Shown: positions 10,079 to 19,176 of the stretch, one piece after another
Position numbering within the stretch: position 1 is the stretch's first letter
Layout of the letters: every line of letters starts with the position of its first letter
Made by a program: the position numbers and the translations under genes
DNA from: a bacterium
GTDB lineage: Bacteria; Thermotogota; Thermotogae; Mesoaciditogales; Mesoaciditogaceae
Length of the DNA: 64,000 nucleotides
Reading direction: 5' to 3'
NCBI GenBank assembly: GCA_021800445.1
Contig: JAJYYZ010000006.1
Location: 420-64,419, forward strand
The notes under the pieces: generated by a model
The model's input: only the letters and a program-made list of their open reading frames with translations
Databases searched by the model: none
What the model was told of the DNA's origin: nothing

Positions 10079-11104
10079 TCAATTCGTGAAAATTATTTCA
10101 CAACCGCATGAATTTCTTACAATCAATCTTGTACTTAGAACGATTCTCATCGGAGATTTAACGACATCATTGGAATTCATCCTGTCGAGAATCATCTTTG
10201 CCGCCATTTTCCCAATGCTGTGCATGGGTTGATGTATGGTCGTTAAAGGTGGTTGAATGTACCTTGACCAAAATGTATCATCAAAACCAACGACGGCAAT
10301 TTCTTTTCCAACCTTTATCTTCCTTCTTTCGAGTTCTTCTATAACTCCGAGGGCCATTTCGTCGTTGGCGGCGAAAATGGCCGTCGCGCCGTTTTTGAGA
10401 CAACTCTCGACTGCATTTTTACCACTTTCTTTTGTAAAATCTCCCCGACATACTAAATTGACGTCGAATTTTATGTCATTGTTTTCAAGAGCGGATTTGT
10501 ATCCGCGAAGCCTTTCAACACTGTCAAAACTTTTCGCCGGTCCTGTTATAAATGCGATTCTTTCGTGTTTGTGGATCTTTATCAAATGTTCTGTCATCGA
10601 ATAAGCACCGTTAAAATTGTCAACAAGAATTGTGTCTACATTCATTCCATGGATGTCCTCACCAAGGTACACGATCGGTATTTCAAACTTCATAACTTTA
10701 TCGACGGTTGATTTATTTACTTCCGGATCAAAAATTATCATGCCATCGACCCTTCCTGAACTTATAAGGGAAATGTACATTTCACGGTTTTTTTCCGATG
10801 AATTTTCATCGAAAGTCATAAAAATTGTGAAATATCTGTTAGCGCTTAAAACCTCTTCAACTCCCTGAATTACCTCACTGTAAAAAGGTCCTGCCACCGA
10901 AGGCAAAACAAGACCTATGATCATGGTCTTCTTTTTACTTAAATTTATGGCCTTAGAATCTGGAACGTAATTATGAATTTTGACAAGTTCAAGAATCTTT
11001 GCTTTTTTTTCTTTGGAAATGTAACCGGTACCATTCAAAGCACGCGACACTGTTGATTTAGACACTCCGGCCATTTTAGCGATATCATCTATTGTGGTTT
11101 TCAA
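10079..11104 (-). CDS. LacI family transcriptional regulator (LacI-1)
   Basis: HTH TIDDIAKMAGVSKSTVSRALN; TTG 11104 with GGGAG RBS (the track start at 11176 is probably too long). Confidence 0.93.
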   Translation of the reverse strand: MKTTIDDIAKMAGVSKSTVSRALNGTGYISKEKKAKILELVKIHNYVPDSKAINLSKKKTMIIGLVLPSVAGPFYSEVIQGVEEVLSANRYFTIFMTFDENSSEKNREMYISLISSGRVDGMIIFDPEVNKSTVDKVMKFEIPIVYLGEDIHGMNVDTILVDNFNGAYSMTEHLIKIHKHERIAFITGPAKSFDSVERLRGYKSALENNDIKFDVNLVCRGDFTKESGKNAVESCLKNGATAIFAANDEMALGVIEELERRKIKVGKEIAVVGFDDTFWSRYIQPPLTTIHQPMHSIGKMAAKMILDRMNSNDVVKSPMRIVLSTRLIVRNSCGCEIIFTN

Positions 11105-11124
11105 GGTAAAATCACACTCCCGTA

Positions 11125-11176
11125 TGAAACCGATTCCACACAAAAATAGCATACAATCTCTTTTAAAAAATGTCAA
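11125..11176 (-). promoter_or_regulatory. Sigma70 promoter plus LacI-type operator
   Basis: TTGACA (11171-76), 17 nt, TATGCT (11148-53); then TGGAATCGGTTTCA (11125-38), which fits the TGWAAnCGnTTWCA pattern of LacI sites. Confidence 0.65.
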
Positions 11177-11264
11177 AAGCTATTTTAGAGATTTACAAAC
11201 CAAATTTAGCCGAAAACGGTTGATTTATGCAAATTGCTTCGTTTATCTCAAGATACCTGCTTTT

Positions 11265-12146
11265 TTATCCTTTAACCGCACTTGAAATATCAGTTTCAAC
11301 AAAATACCTTTGGAATGAAAGGAAGATCACAATCATAGGGATGGTCATAAGTAATGATGCGGCCATCATGAGTTGCCAGAAGGTGTAATATGATGTTCTG
11401 AAGTAATTCAATCCCATTGCTAACGTGAACATGTTTTTGTTTGATGTAACAATCAAAGGCCAGAAAAAATCGTTCCACATTCCCATGAATGTGTAAATTG
11501 CAAGTGTTGCAAATGCCGGCAATGCTACCGGAGAATCTATTTGCCAGAATCTTCTGAATATTCCGGCTCCATCTACCTTTGCCGCTTCATCAAGTTCATC
11601 AGGAACTGACATGTAGAATTGTCTCATGAGAAACAAACCGGTAACGGAAGCTATTTTAGGGAAAATAAGGCCTGCATAAGTATTGACGAGATTAAAATTC
11701 ACAAGCAAATTGTAAACCGGTATGATGGTAACTGGAAATGGCACCATCAAAGTTCCAAGGAGTATGGTGAAAATGATATCTTTCCCTGGAAATTTCAACT
11801 TTGCGAATGCGTAACCGGCCATCGCATCAAAGAAAAGGTTTCCGATGGTAACAAAACCAGCATATATAACCGTGTTTAAAATCCATCTCGCATAAGGTGT
11901 TACCGTGAAAACTTGATCATAATTTGAAAGCGTTGATGGTGCGCCAAAGACTTCAGGGGGTAATTTGAAAATGTTTATTTCTGGCGGCCATTGCATTATA
12001 TTTACTCCTGTTGATTTTCCATTTAAAAGATAATTCATAGGGGCAATTGAAACAAGTAATGCCCATATGAAAGGTGTCAAAGATACTATGGCGTAAACTA
12101 TCAAAATTATGTAGGAAATTTTTCTTGCCAGTTGCCATTTTCTCAT
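11265..12146 (-). CDS. Carbohydrate ABC transporter permease
   Basis: ELDEAAKVDGAG EAA motif. Confidence 0.93.
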   Translation of the reverse strand: MRKWQLARKISYIILIVYAIVSLTPFIWALLVSIAPMNYLLNGKSTGVNIMQWPPEINIFKLPPEVFGAPSTLSNYDQVFTVTPYARWILNTVIYAGFVTIGNLFFDAMAGYAFAKLKFPGKDIIFTILLGTLMVPFPVTIIPVYNLLVNFNLVNTYAGLIFPKIASVTGLFLMRQFYMSVPDELDEAAKVDGAGIFRRFWQIDSPVALPAFATLAIYTFMGMWNDFFWPLIVTSNKNMFTLAMGLNYFRTSYYTFWQLMMAASLLMTIPMIVIFLSFQRYFVETDISSAVKG

Positions 12147-12156
12147 TATTCACACC

Positions 12157-13311
12157 TCAAAAGTAATTTTCTTCTTTGACAAACCGTCTTTGAATTAGCG
12201 TCAAAATCATTATAAATGCCAAGAAAAACACCGCTATCGCCGATGCGTATCCCATTTGATTGTAATTAAATGCGTTGACATATATGTACATTGCCGTTGT
12301 GTAATTTTGTTGATTTTGTATGAGAAAATATATCTGATCAAAAACCTGCAAAGTTCCTATTAGACCAAGAGTTACAACGTAAGAGATCTGAGGTCTCATG
12401 AGAGGCATTATTATTTTCCAGAACCTGGTCCATCCAATTGCGCCATCAAGTTCTGATGCCTCTATCAGATCCCTCGGTATATTTTGAAGCCCTGCGAAAA
12501 AAACTATCATGAAATATCCCGCGGTCGTCCATATATTCATAGCCATTACGGCGGGTAAAGCCGTTGAGGTGTTTGAAAGCCAATTTATTGGTGGAATCCC
12601 AATGAACCCAAGGATTCTGTTGATAAGCCCCGGCTTTGAATAAAGTAACATGAATAACATCGATATTGCCGCTGAAGAGGTAACCGAAGGGATGTAAAAA
12701 CTCAATTTAAAGAATTTAATCCCTTTTATTTTTTGGTTAACGGCAACCGCAAGTATAAGTGCAAGAAAAGTTTGAATCGGAGTAACAACAATTGCAAAGA
12801 AAACTGAATTCCAAAGTGTTGTCCAGAAAAGGTTATCGTTTATCATATGTGAAAAATTTTGAAAGCCAACCCATGCCGGAATATATCCTGCAAACATATT
12901 TTTATCTTTTGTCATATATCTTGAAAATAATTCTGTACCGTTTATTCTTTCGTTGGTCTTCATGGTGACGAAGTCATCGATCAACTTTTTAGAATCGAAG
13001 TATTTTTCAATGGTCGATTTTTGAGAAGTATCAATTTTTATTCCCAACTGGGTTTGAATAAAATCAACAGGATCAAATTGAGAGAGTAGATACCGAGTAT
13101 TAAGATCTTTCATATTGAAAACAAGTAGATATTGTTCAAGTTGATCTTGCAAATTAAAAGTATTTTTATATTCCATCTGCCTTAAAGGATTATAATTTGT
13201 AAAACTGTAATAAACAGATGCAACTATGGGATATATTATAAAAGTACCTATAATCGCGATGATTGGAAGTATTAAAAGATAACCGGCAATCCATTCTTTT
13301 GCACGCTTCAA
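12157..13311 (-). CDS. Carbohydrate ABC transporter permease with large extracytoplasmic insertion
   Basis: EASELDGA EAA motif; about 100-aa hydrophilic insert after TM1. Confidence 0.9.
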   Translation of the reverse strand: MKRAKEWIAGYLLILPIIAIIGTFIIYPIVASVYYSFTNYNPLRQMEYKNTFNLQDQLEQYLLVFNMKDLNTRYLLSQFDPVDFIQTQLGIKIDTSQKSTIEKYFDSKKLIDDFVTMKTNERINGTELFSRYMTKDKNMFAGYIPAWVGFQNFSHMINDNLFWTTLWNSVFFAIVVTPIQTFLALILAVAVNQKIKGIKFFKLSFYIPSVTSSAAISMLFMLLYSKPGLINRILGFIGIPPINWLSNTSTALPAVMAMNIWTTAGYFMIVFFAGLQNIPRDLIEASELDGAIGWTRFWKIIMPLMRPQISYVVTLGLIGTLQVFDQIYFLIQNQQNYTTAMYIYVNAFNYNQMGYASAIAVFFLAFIMILTLIQRRFVKEENYF

Positions 13312-13347
13312 ATTATCACCTCGAAAGGGGGCATAAAGCCCCCTTGT

Positions 13348-14583
13348 TCATTGCTGAGAAGCCCAGGTATTCCAGTTGTTAACTATGTAATCGACGGCTT
13401 GCTGAGTTGTAACCTTCCCTTGCCAGATGTTGTAAAGTTCATTGTTTATGTTATCAAGTAGTTTGGAAGAATTTCCATTTGCCGTTGGAATAAACCATGC
13501 ATGACCATAATTGACTTGATCTACGAAAACCTCATCTGCCGGATTGTTAAAAATGTTCTCTGATTGTTGGACAGAAATTCTTGTTGGAATTACGCCGAGT
13601 TTCTCTGTGAATACCTTCATGCCATCGTTAAGTAAAAATTCCATGACCTTCCATGCCGCATCTTTATCAGGCGTACTCCTTGACATCGCATAACAAACTG
13701 TGTATATCATAGTTGCACGCGCTTTTTCCATGGGCATAACTGTCATCCCAAAGTTTATCTGAGGATAGGTTTCCTTAAGGAAAGAATACGCCCAGGGTCC
13801 TTCCATTATCATTGCGACTTTACCGCGTCCGAAAGCATCTCCGTTCCATCCCGCACCTACGTCAGATGGCTGAATTGCGACATGATATTTGTTGTGAAGA
13901 TCGAAGTAAAATTGGATTGCCCGAATTGCCTGAGGGGATTCGAGTTCAGGTTGCATCTGAGAATTGACAACCTCTCCACCATTCTGGAATATAAATGGCA
14001 TCACACGATCGAGGGCATTTGGGCTAAGAGAAAGGCCGTAAACTCCATCTTTATGATGATTCAATTTTTGTGCGACGTTAAGCATATCTTGCCATGTCCA
14101 GTTATTTGTTGGATATGGAACATTGTACTTGTCAAACAGGGCTTTGTTGTAAAAAAGTGCCAAAGTTGAAAAATCTTTTGGGAATCCGTAGATGTGACCG
14201 TTGTATTCAAATGGTTGAAGTAAAGATGTTGCGAAATCTGATACTGGGAAATTGTATTTCTGAACAAAATAATCAAGTGGATATATAGCACCAGATCTTA
14301 TAAACTGTTGTGCGTAAGATGAATCAAGATAGAAGATATCCGGAGCCGTACCGGCAGAAAGTTCACTTGTTAATTTGACCAGATAATCACCTGGTATAGG
14401 TTGGTATTGCAATTCAATCTGACCTGCATATTTTTGATTAAATGCCTTAACTACATTTTCCATTGCCTGCTGTTCAACTGGAGATGAAACCCAGCCGCCA
14501 AGAGTTACCACGGTTATGGCAAAAGTCCCGATCGAGAAGATCACTGCCAATCCGATGACCAACAGAAATACTTTGCTTTTCAC
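13348..14583 (-). CDS. Sugar ABC transporter substrate-binding protein
   Basis: GTG 14583 with AAAGGAGG RBS overlaps the upstream stop; APDIFY, PKDFSTLALFYNK and GKVAMIMEGPW motifs. Confidence 0.92.
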   Translation of the reverse strand: MKSKVFLLVIGLAVIFSIGTFAITVVTLGGWVSSPVEQQAMENVVKAFNQKYAGQIELQYQPIPGDYLVKLTSELSAGTAPDIFYLDSSYAQQFIRSGAIYPLDYFVQKYNFPVSDFATSLLQPFEYNGHIYGFPKDFSTLALFYNKALFDKYNVPYPTNNWTWQDMLNVAQKLNHHKDGVYGLSLSPNALDRVMPFIFQNGGEVVNSQMQPELESPQAIRAIQFYFDLHNKYHVAIQPSDVGAGWNGDAFGRGKVAMIMEGPWAYSFLKETYPQINFGMTVMPMEKARATMIYTVCYAMSRSTPDKDAAWKVMEFLLNDGMKVFTEKLGVIPTRISVQQSENIFNNPADEVFVDQVNYGHAWFIPTANGNSSKLLDNINNELYNIWQGKVTTQQAVDYIVNNWNTWASQQ

Positions 14584-16373
14584 TTTGATCCCTCCTTTAA
14601 AATTTTTGATATTACAAACCCCGCTCCGACTGACCAGAGTTGAGGAGAACAAGCAACAGGATATGGAATTATATTTTTTCCTTTCTTTTGGTTACCTCCA
14701 AAAAGTTCTGGCAGGCGCCATTCAAAATATTTTGCAACGTCAAGCAAAGATTTGCCTAACGTTTTTGCTTCCCTTTTGAAATTTTTATCCCACATTCCAA
14801 TCATTATGATGGAAGTATCATGCGGCCATACAGATCCGTTATGATAAGAAATAGGATTATATGAAATCATTCTTGATGACATCGTTCTTATTCCAAAGCC
14901 AGTAAACATATCAGGCTTCATAAGTCTGTCAACGATGAATTTGGATCTTTCGTCGTTGATAATGCCTGTCATGAGGCAATGGCCTGGATTTGAAGTTATC
15001 GAATCAACCCGCCTTCCATCTTTATCAAGCGCAAGCGCAAAAAATTTCTCTTTTTCCATCCAAAAATCTTCGTTGAAATTTTTTTTCAAAAGTTCGGCTT
15101 TTGATAGATATCTTAACGATCTTTCGCCGTCGTAAAATTGTGAGAGTGTTTGATAAGCCTCATAAAGATAACTTTGAACTTCAACAAGTTTTACCGGTGG
15201 TTGTGCCATCCTTCCATCAGAAAACACCATCGAGTCGCCAGAATCTTTCCATCCTTGATTTGAGAGACCATTTGAAGATTTTGATTTGTAGTATAAATAT
15301 CCACGAGAATCGATATTTTCATCTATATATCGAGCAGAAAGTTCAACGGCATCTTTTAACTCTTCAAAAACAGATTTGCCATATAATTTTGAGTATTTTC
15401 CAATTGCCATTAAAAACAGTGGTGTTGCATCGATACTGCCATAATATGTTGAAAATGGGACCTTACCTGAAAGCGCATCTTCCCCAACCCTTATCTCATG
15501 AATAATTTTTCCGGGTAGAGCATCTTTTTGATCATCCACAAAATTAGATTGAGTCATGGCAAGCACTTTAAGGATGTTATAAGAGATCTCGGGAAACATA
15601 TCCATAGTTTGCAATGTAAAAATAAGTGAATCTCTTCCAAAAATCGTTGCAAACCATGGAAGACCTGCCGCAGGGAATTTCCCGTATTTTGTATCGAGTA
15701 AAAGCATTTCGAGATCTTCAGTGGACTTTTTCACAAGTCTCATAATTTTTCCTTTAAAATGAGGCATATTCAAATTCACATTTGAATTTACGATGTTATC
15801 AAAAAGCATCGTTCCTTTTGTCTGAATTTTAAAATGAACAGAAGGGGTAATTGAAAATTTTACCGAATTTAAAATATGAGGCTTAAGATTAACTTTGTTT
15901 GAAATCGATCCGTGAATTTTAGTCTCAATTTGAAGATGTTGACTTTCATATTTTACGGACTCTTTTTGATTTTTTGTTATTTTGTTCTTCTTGTCTTCAA
16001 ATTTTCCACTTCTTATTTCAAATATATCGTTGAAAGTGTAATCGATTACAAAATTTTCAAAAATACAAATTTCTTTTTTCGAATAGTTAAAAAATTCTGA
16101 TTTAACAGTGAATTTATCCTTGTCAATGCTATAACGAAGTTTTAAAATTAAATCCATGTCATGCAAACTATCCGGAGATTTGGATATGAACCAAAAGAAC
16201 ACAGAGTTAGTTCTGTATTCCCCAAGACTCAGCAAGTTGAATTTTAAAGATAACCGTGGTACCATCTTGCCGATGATTCTTGTATCCATGAAATACAGTC
16301 CACAGGTATTTCCTTCGATAAAACCATTATCTCCAATCAAAGCCATGATATTTCCGGATTTTATAGTGTACAT
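14580..16373 (-). CDS. Amylo-alpha-1,6-glucosidase / glycogen-debranching family protein
   Basis: AGLPWFATIFGRDSL, PGKIIHEIR, YYGSIDATPLF, NQGWKDSGDS, YHNGSVWPHD and YPVACSPQLW motifs. Confidence 0.88.
   Translation of the reverse strand: MYTIKSGNIMALIGDNGFIEGNTCGLYFMDTRIIGKMVPRLSLKFNLLSLGEYRTNSVFFWFISKSPDSLHDMDLILKLRYSIDKDKFTVKSEFFNYSKKEICIFENFVIDYTFNDIFEIRSGKFEDKKNKITKNQKESVKYESQHLQIETKIHGSISNKVNLKPHILNSVKFSITPSVHFKIQTKGTMLFDNIVNSNVNLNMPHFKGKIMRLVKKSTEDLEMLLLDTKYGKFPAAGLPWFATIFGRDSLIFTLQTMDMFPEISYNILKVLAMTQSNFVDDQKDALPGKIIHEIRVGEDALSGKVPFSTYYGSIDATPLFLMAIGKYSKLYGKSVFEELKDAVELSARYIDENIDSRGYLYYKSKSSNGLSNQGWKDSGDSMVFSDGRMAQPPVKLVEVQSYLYEAYQTLSQFYDGERSLRYLSKAELLKKNFNEDFWMEKEKFFALALDKDGRRVDSITSNPGHCLMTGIINDERSKFIVDRLMKPDMFTGFGIRTMSSRMISYNPISYHNGSVWPHDTSIIMIGMWDKNFKREAKTLGKSLLDVAKYFEWRLPELFGGNQKKGKNIIPYPVACSPQLWSVGAGFVISKILKEGSK
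16037..16050. promoter_or_regulatory. Intragenic copy of the LacI-2 operator
   Basis: TGTAATCGATTACA, identical to 17403..17416. Confidence 0.6.
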
Positions 16374-16377
16374 AAGA

Positions 16378-17394
16378 TCATTTCCTAAAAGTTGATGCTC
16401 TTTTTACAAGAGAGACACTCAGAATTTGTGATTCGACTTTCTTACCATTCAACATGTTTATTAGAATACTTGCTGCTGTTTTGCCAACATCATGAATTGG
16501 TTGTTTTACAGTTGTCAGCGATGGGTTAACCATTGATGCAAGAGGCACATCATCAAAACCAACAATGGGTATATCTTTTCCCACTTTTAAACCTGATTCT
16601 TCTATGGCTGCTATGGCACCTGTTGCCATTAGATCGCCCGAAACAAATATTCCATCGAAATCCATCGAAGCCAAAGATTCTCTTGTTATCGCATAACCAT
16701 TTTCTCTGTCAGAGTTTTTTTCAACATATTTCACGAGTTTCTCATCATAACGGATACCCATATTTTTGTGTGCTTTGATGTATCCGTTAAGTCTAAACCT
16801 TGTTGCGGCATGGCCCTTCGGACCGTTTATGAAGAGAATTTTTTTGCACCCAACATCAAAAAGATGCTGAGTTGCCAACATACCACCGCTTTCATTATCG
16901 GTATCAACAAAAATATAATCACCGACATCTTTGGGCCTTCCAATTACAACAAAGGGAATTCCACATTTTTTTAGTGAGAAAATTCTCTCATCGCCGTCTT
17001 TTACGTCAAAAATTATCATTCCGTCTACAATGCCCTTTTTTGCAACTTCAAGGTATGGATTTATTCCATTTTTTTTGGCAGTTGATATGACGAGATGATA
17101 ATTGAGATCTGAAAGTACAACGCTCATTCCGTGGATGAATTCCACAAAATAAGGAAAAGATATGAAATAATCGAGATCGTGAGAAATAACTACACCTATC
17201 CCATCACTCGAATTCGTTCTCAAACTTTTTGCAGAATGATTAGGAAAATAATTCAATTCTTTTATCGCTTCGAGAACTTTCTTTTCAGTTTCTGGTTTTA
17301 CATTTCCAAAAGCATTTATAACCCTTGAGACAGTTGCAACGGAAACATTTGCGGTCTTTGCGACGTCTTTGATCTTCACAGTCAATTCACACAT
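16378..17394 (-). CDS. LacI family transcriptional regulator (LacI-2)
   Basis: HTH IKDVAKTANVSVATVSRVIN; VGFDD motif; the true start may be TTG 17385. Confidence 0.94.
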   Translation of the reverse strand: MCELTVKIKDVAKTANVSVATVSRVINAFGNVKPETEKKVLEAIKELNYFPNHSAKSLRTNSSDGIGVVISHDLDYFISFPYFVEFIHGMSVVLSDLNYHLVISTAKKNGINPYLEVAKKGIVDGMIIFDVKDGDERIFSLKKCGIPFVVIGRPKDVGDYIFVDTDNESGGMLATQHLFDVGCKKILFINGPKGHAATRFRLNGYIKAHKNMGIRYDEKLVKYVEKNSDRENGYAITRESLASMDFDGIFVSGDLMATGAIAAIEESGLKVGKDIPIVGFDDVPLASMVNPSLTTVKQPIHDVGKTAASILINMLNGKKVESQILSVSLVKRASTFRK

Positions 17395-17402
17395 CTCCTT
17401 TG

Positions 17403-17444
17403 TGTAATCGATTACATTTTAAAATATTAAAAAAATTTTTTCAA
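17403..17444 (-). promoter_or_regulatory. Sigma70 promoter overlapped by a palindromic LacI operator
   Basis: TTGAAA (17439-44), 17 nt, TAAAAT (17416-21); perfect palindrome TGTAATCGATTACA at 17403-16. Confidence 0.8.
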
Positions 17445-17807
17445 ACCTTTTTTAAGCCCTTTTTTACCTATTTATCGTCAAATATCATGATTAAAACTAA
17501 TTACATTCAAAATCCTCAAATTAACTCAAAATATATTCAATTTACGATGGCAGATTCCGAATGGGCGTTTACCATCGCTACGATTCGAAATCTGAATTTT
17601 GTTTGGTATATGATAATCTTTTCTTTCGTGGTAAAATATCTTTGTCATATAAAACAACGATATTTTTTAAAGAGGTGAATTTTTTGAATTTATTTGAAAA
17701 ATGGAAGATGAAGTGTCCAATTATAAAGTTCATTGAAAGGCACAGAATGAAACACACAAGATTAGTTGTTAAAAGATCGAATAAAGAATGACATGGAGGA
17801 AAAGATA

Positions 17808-18041
17808 ATGGCGAAAGAAAGTCTTCAGGACAGTTTTTTAAGTTACCTTCAAAACAACAAAATGGAGGTAAAGATATATCTCACAAATGGAGTTCAGATA
17901 AGAGGCATCATAAAAGATTTTGATCCTTTTGTTGTACTTGTAGATTCAGAGGACCAAAAACAAAGCAACATGATATACAAAGCCGCCATAAGTACCATAA
18001 TACCAAATGAAAAATACATTCCAGAGAAAAAAGAAAGGTGA
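17808..18041 (+). CDS. hfq: RNA chaperone Hfq (divergent)
   Basis: SLQD.FL, IYLTNG and MIYKAAISTI Sm1/Sm2 motifs; ATG 17808 after GGAGGA. Confidence 0.88.
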   Translation: MAKESLQDSFLSYLQNNKMEVKIYLTNGVQIRGIIKDFDPFVVLVDSEDQKQSNMIYKAAISTIIPNEKYIPEKKER

Positions 18042-18095
18042 CATGCTTCCACCACTTATAGAAGAGGAAGAATGCTTGTTCAAAAAAGGTTAAAA
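18038..18095 (-). mobile_element. Minimal IS200/IS605-derived palindromic element (family 1, copy A)
   Basis: GTGACATGCTTCCACCACTTATAGAAG...CAAAAAAGGTTAAAA, similar to 18992, 25272 and 37230; its end overlaps the hfq TGA. Confidence 0.7.
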
Positions 18096-18099
18096 TTTA

Positions 18100-18128
18100 A
18101 TCTTCCGGCTTTAGCCGGAAGATTTTTT
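18100..18128 (+). terminator. Intrinsic terminator after hfq
   Basis: AATCTTCCGGC-TTTA-GCCGGAAGATT followed by TTTT. Confidence 0.8.
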
Positions 18129-18235
18129 GGTTTAAGTAAAAGTTGTGAAAGAAATGTGAAAAAATAGAACTCATTCTTTTTTTTAATGTCAAAATTATTG
18201 AACGACTAAATTTGTTTTGAAAGGAGTGTTTTTTC

Positions 18236-18940
18236 ATGAAAAAGTTTCTTGTTCTTCTGTTCATACCGTTACTTGTAACAGGAATCTTTGCCGCATCAGC
18301 AAGTTCTGCGCAGCCTTCTGTTGGAGGTTTACTTTCTATGAATGCACTGCTTGTGGGATCTCAAACCGTTCAACTTCAGGTCCAAATTGGGATGCTTAAA
18401 GTCTTCAACGCCATGAAACTCACATCTGCACAGGCATCTGCTCTTGAAAGTTACCTCAAAGATTTTAAAACGCAGGTGAACGCACTTCAGGATCAAAGAA
18501 TAAAAGCACTTAAAACTTTGAGGAAGGCGCTTGTCACAAATGACAGTACAAGCATAAAGACGGCAAATCTTGAAGTTGCAAAACTGAACTCTCGATACGC
18601 GAAATTAACTGAGAATTTGATAACCAACATCAAATCAACGATAACCCTCGAGCAGTTGTCTTTGCTTCAGAATTATTTTCAGCAATCAGCAATGCATATG
18701 CAACGAAAGTTTCTTGGACCTAAAGCGAGGAATGAAATTGGAAAGGCTTTGCCAAACAGAAATTTCAATTTTAACGTTACCGTAAACCCTCAAGAGATGT
18801 ACAACATGATGAATCTTTTCCAGAATTTTGGGAAAAATGCCAGAATGCAAATGTTGAGATCACCTGACTTGATATACGCAGCTGTCAATTTCCCGATTTA
18901 CGATCTTGTTATAAACACGCTTCAACTTAAAGCGCAGTAA
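18236..18940 (+). CDS. Secreted helical protein, Spy/CpxP-like
   Basis: Signal peptide; LTSAQ and ITLEQ (LTxxQ-like) motifs; Met/Gln-rich; AAGGAG RBS. Confidence 0.55.
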   Translation: MKKFLVLLFIPLLVTGIFAASASSAQPSVGGLLSMNALLVGSQTVQLQVQIGMLKVFNAMKLTSAQASALESYLKDFKTQVNALQDQRIKALKTLRKALVTNDSTSIKTANLEVAKLNSRYAKLTENLITNIKSTITLEQLSLLQNYFQQSAMHMQRKFLGPKARNEIGKALPNRNFNFNVTVNPQEMYNMMNLFQNFGKNARMQMLRSPDLIYAAVNFPIYDLVINTLQLKAQ

Positions 18941-18960
18941 AACTCATCCCCTTCAGAAGG

Positions 18961-18991
18961 AAAATGCGTGTGGCATTTGTCACACGCATTT
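18961..18991 (+). terminator. Stem-loop after the Spy-like gene
   Basis: AAATGCGTGTGGC-ATTT-GTCACACGCATTT. Confidence 0.6.
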
Positions 18992-19167
18992 GTGACATAC
19001 TCCCACCACTTATAGAAGTGGGGGCTTCTCGCTCAATAGCACCTCTGCGCTAAGTATCAACGAGCTATCCCCGTGTGCCCCACGGTTCTCAAATTCATGA
19101 CTAATCATGATACTGAATATATTTTAGCACCGTAGAAAGAAGATGAATTGCTTAAAAAGGGTTAAAA
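18992..19167 (-). mobile_element. Internally deleted IS605 (tnpB) element: left end, tnpB 3' tail/omegaRNA scaffold, right end
   Basis: Minus strand: TTTAA, left end, then AGAACCGTGGGGCACACGGGGATAGCTCGTTGA (RTVGHTGIAR*, a TnpB-like C-terminus), then hairpin GAAGCCCCCACTTCTATAAGTGGTGGGAG, ending in TCAC. Confidence 0.78.
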
Positions 19168-19176
19168 GGAGGCAAC

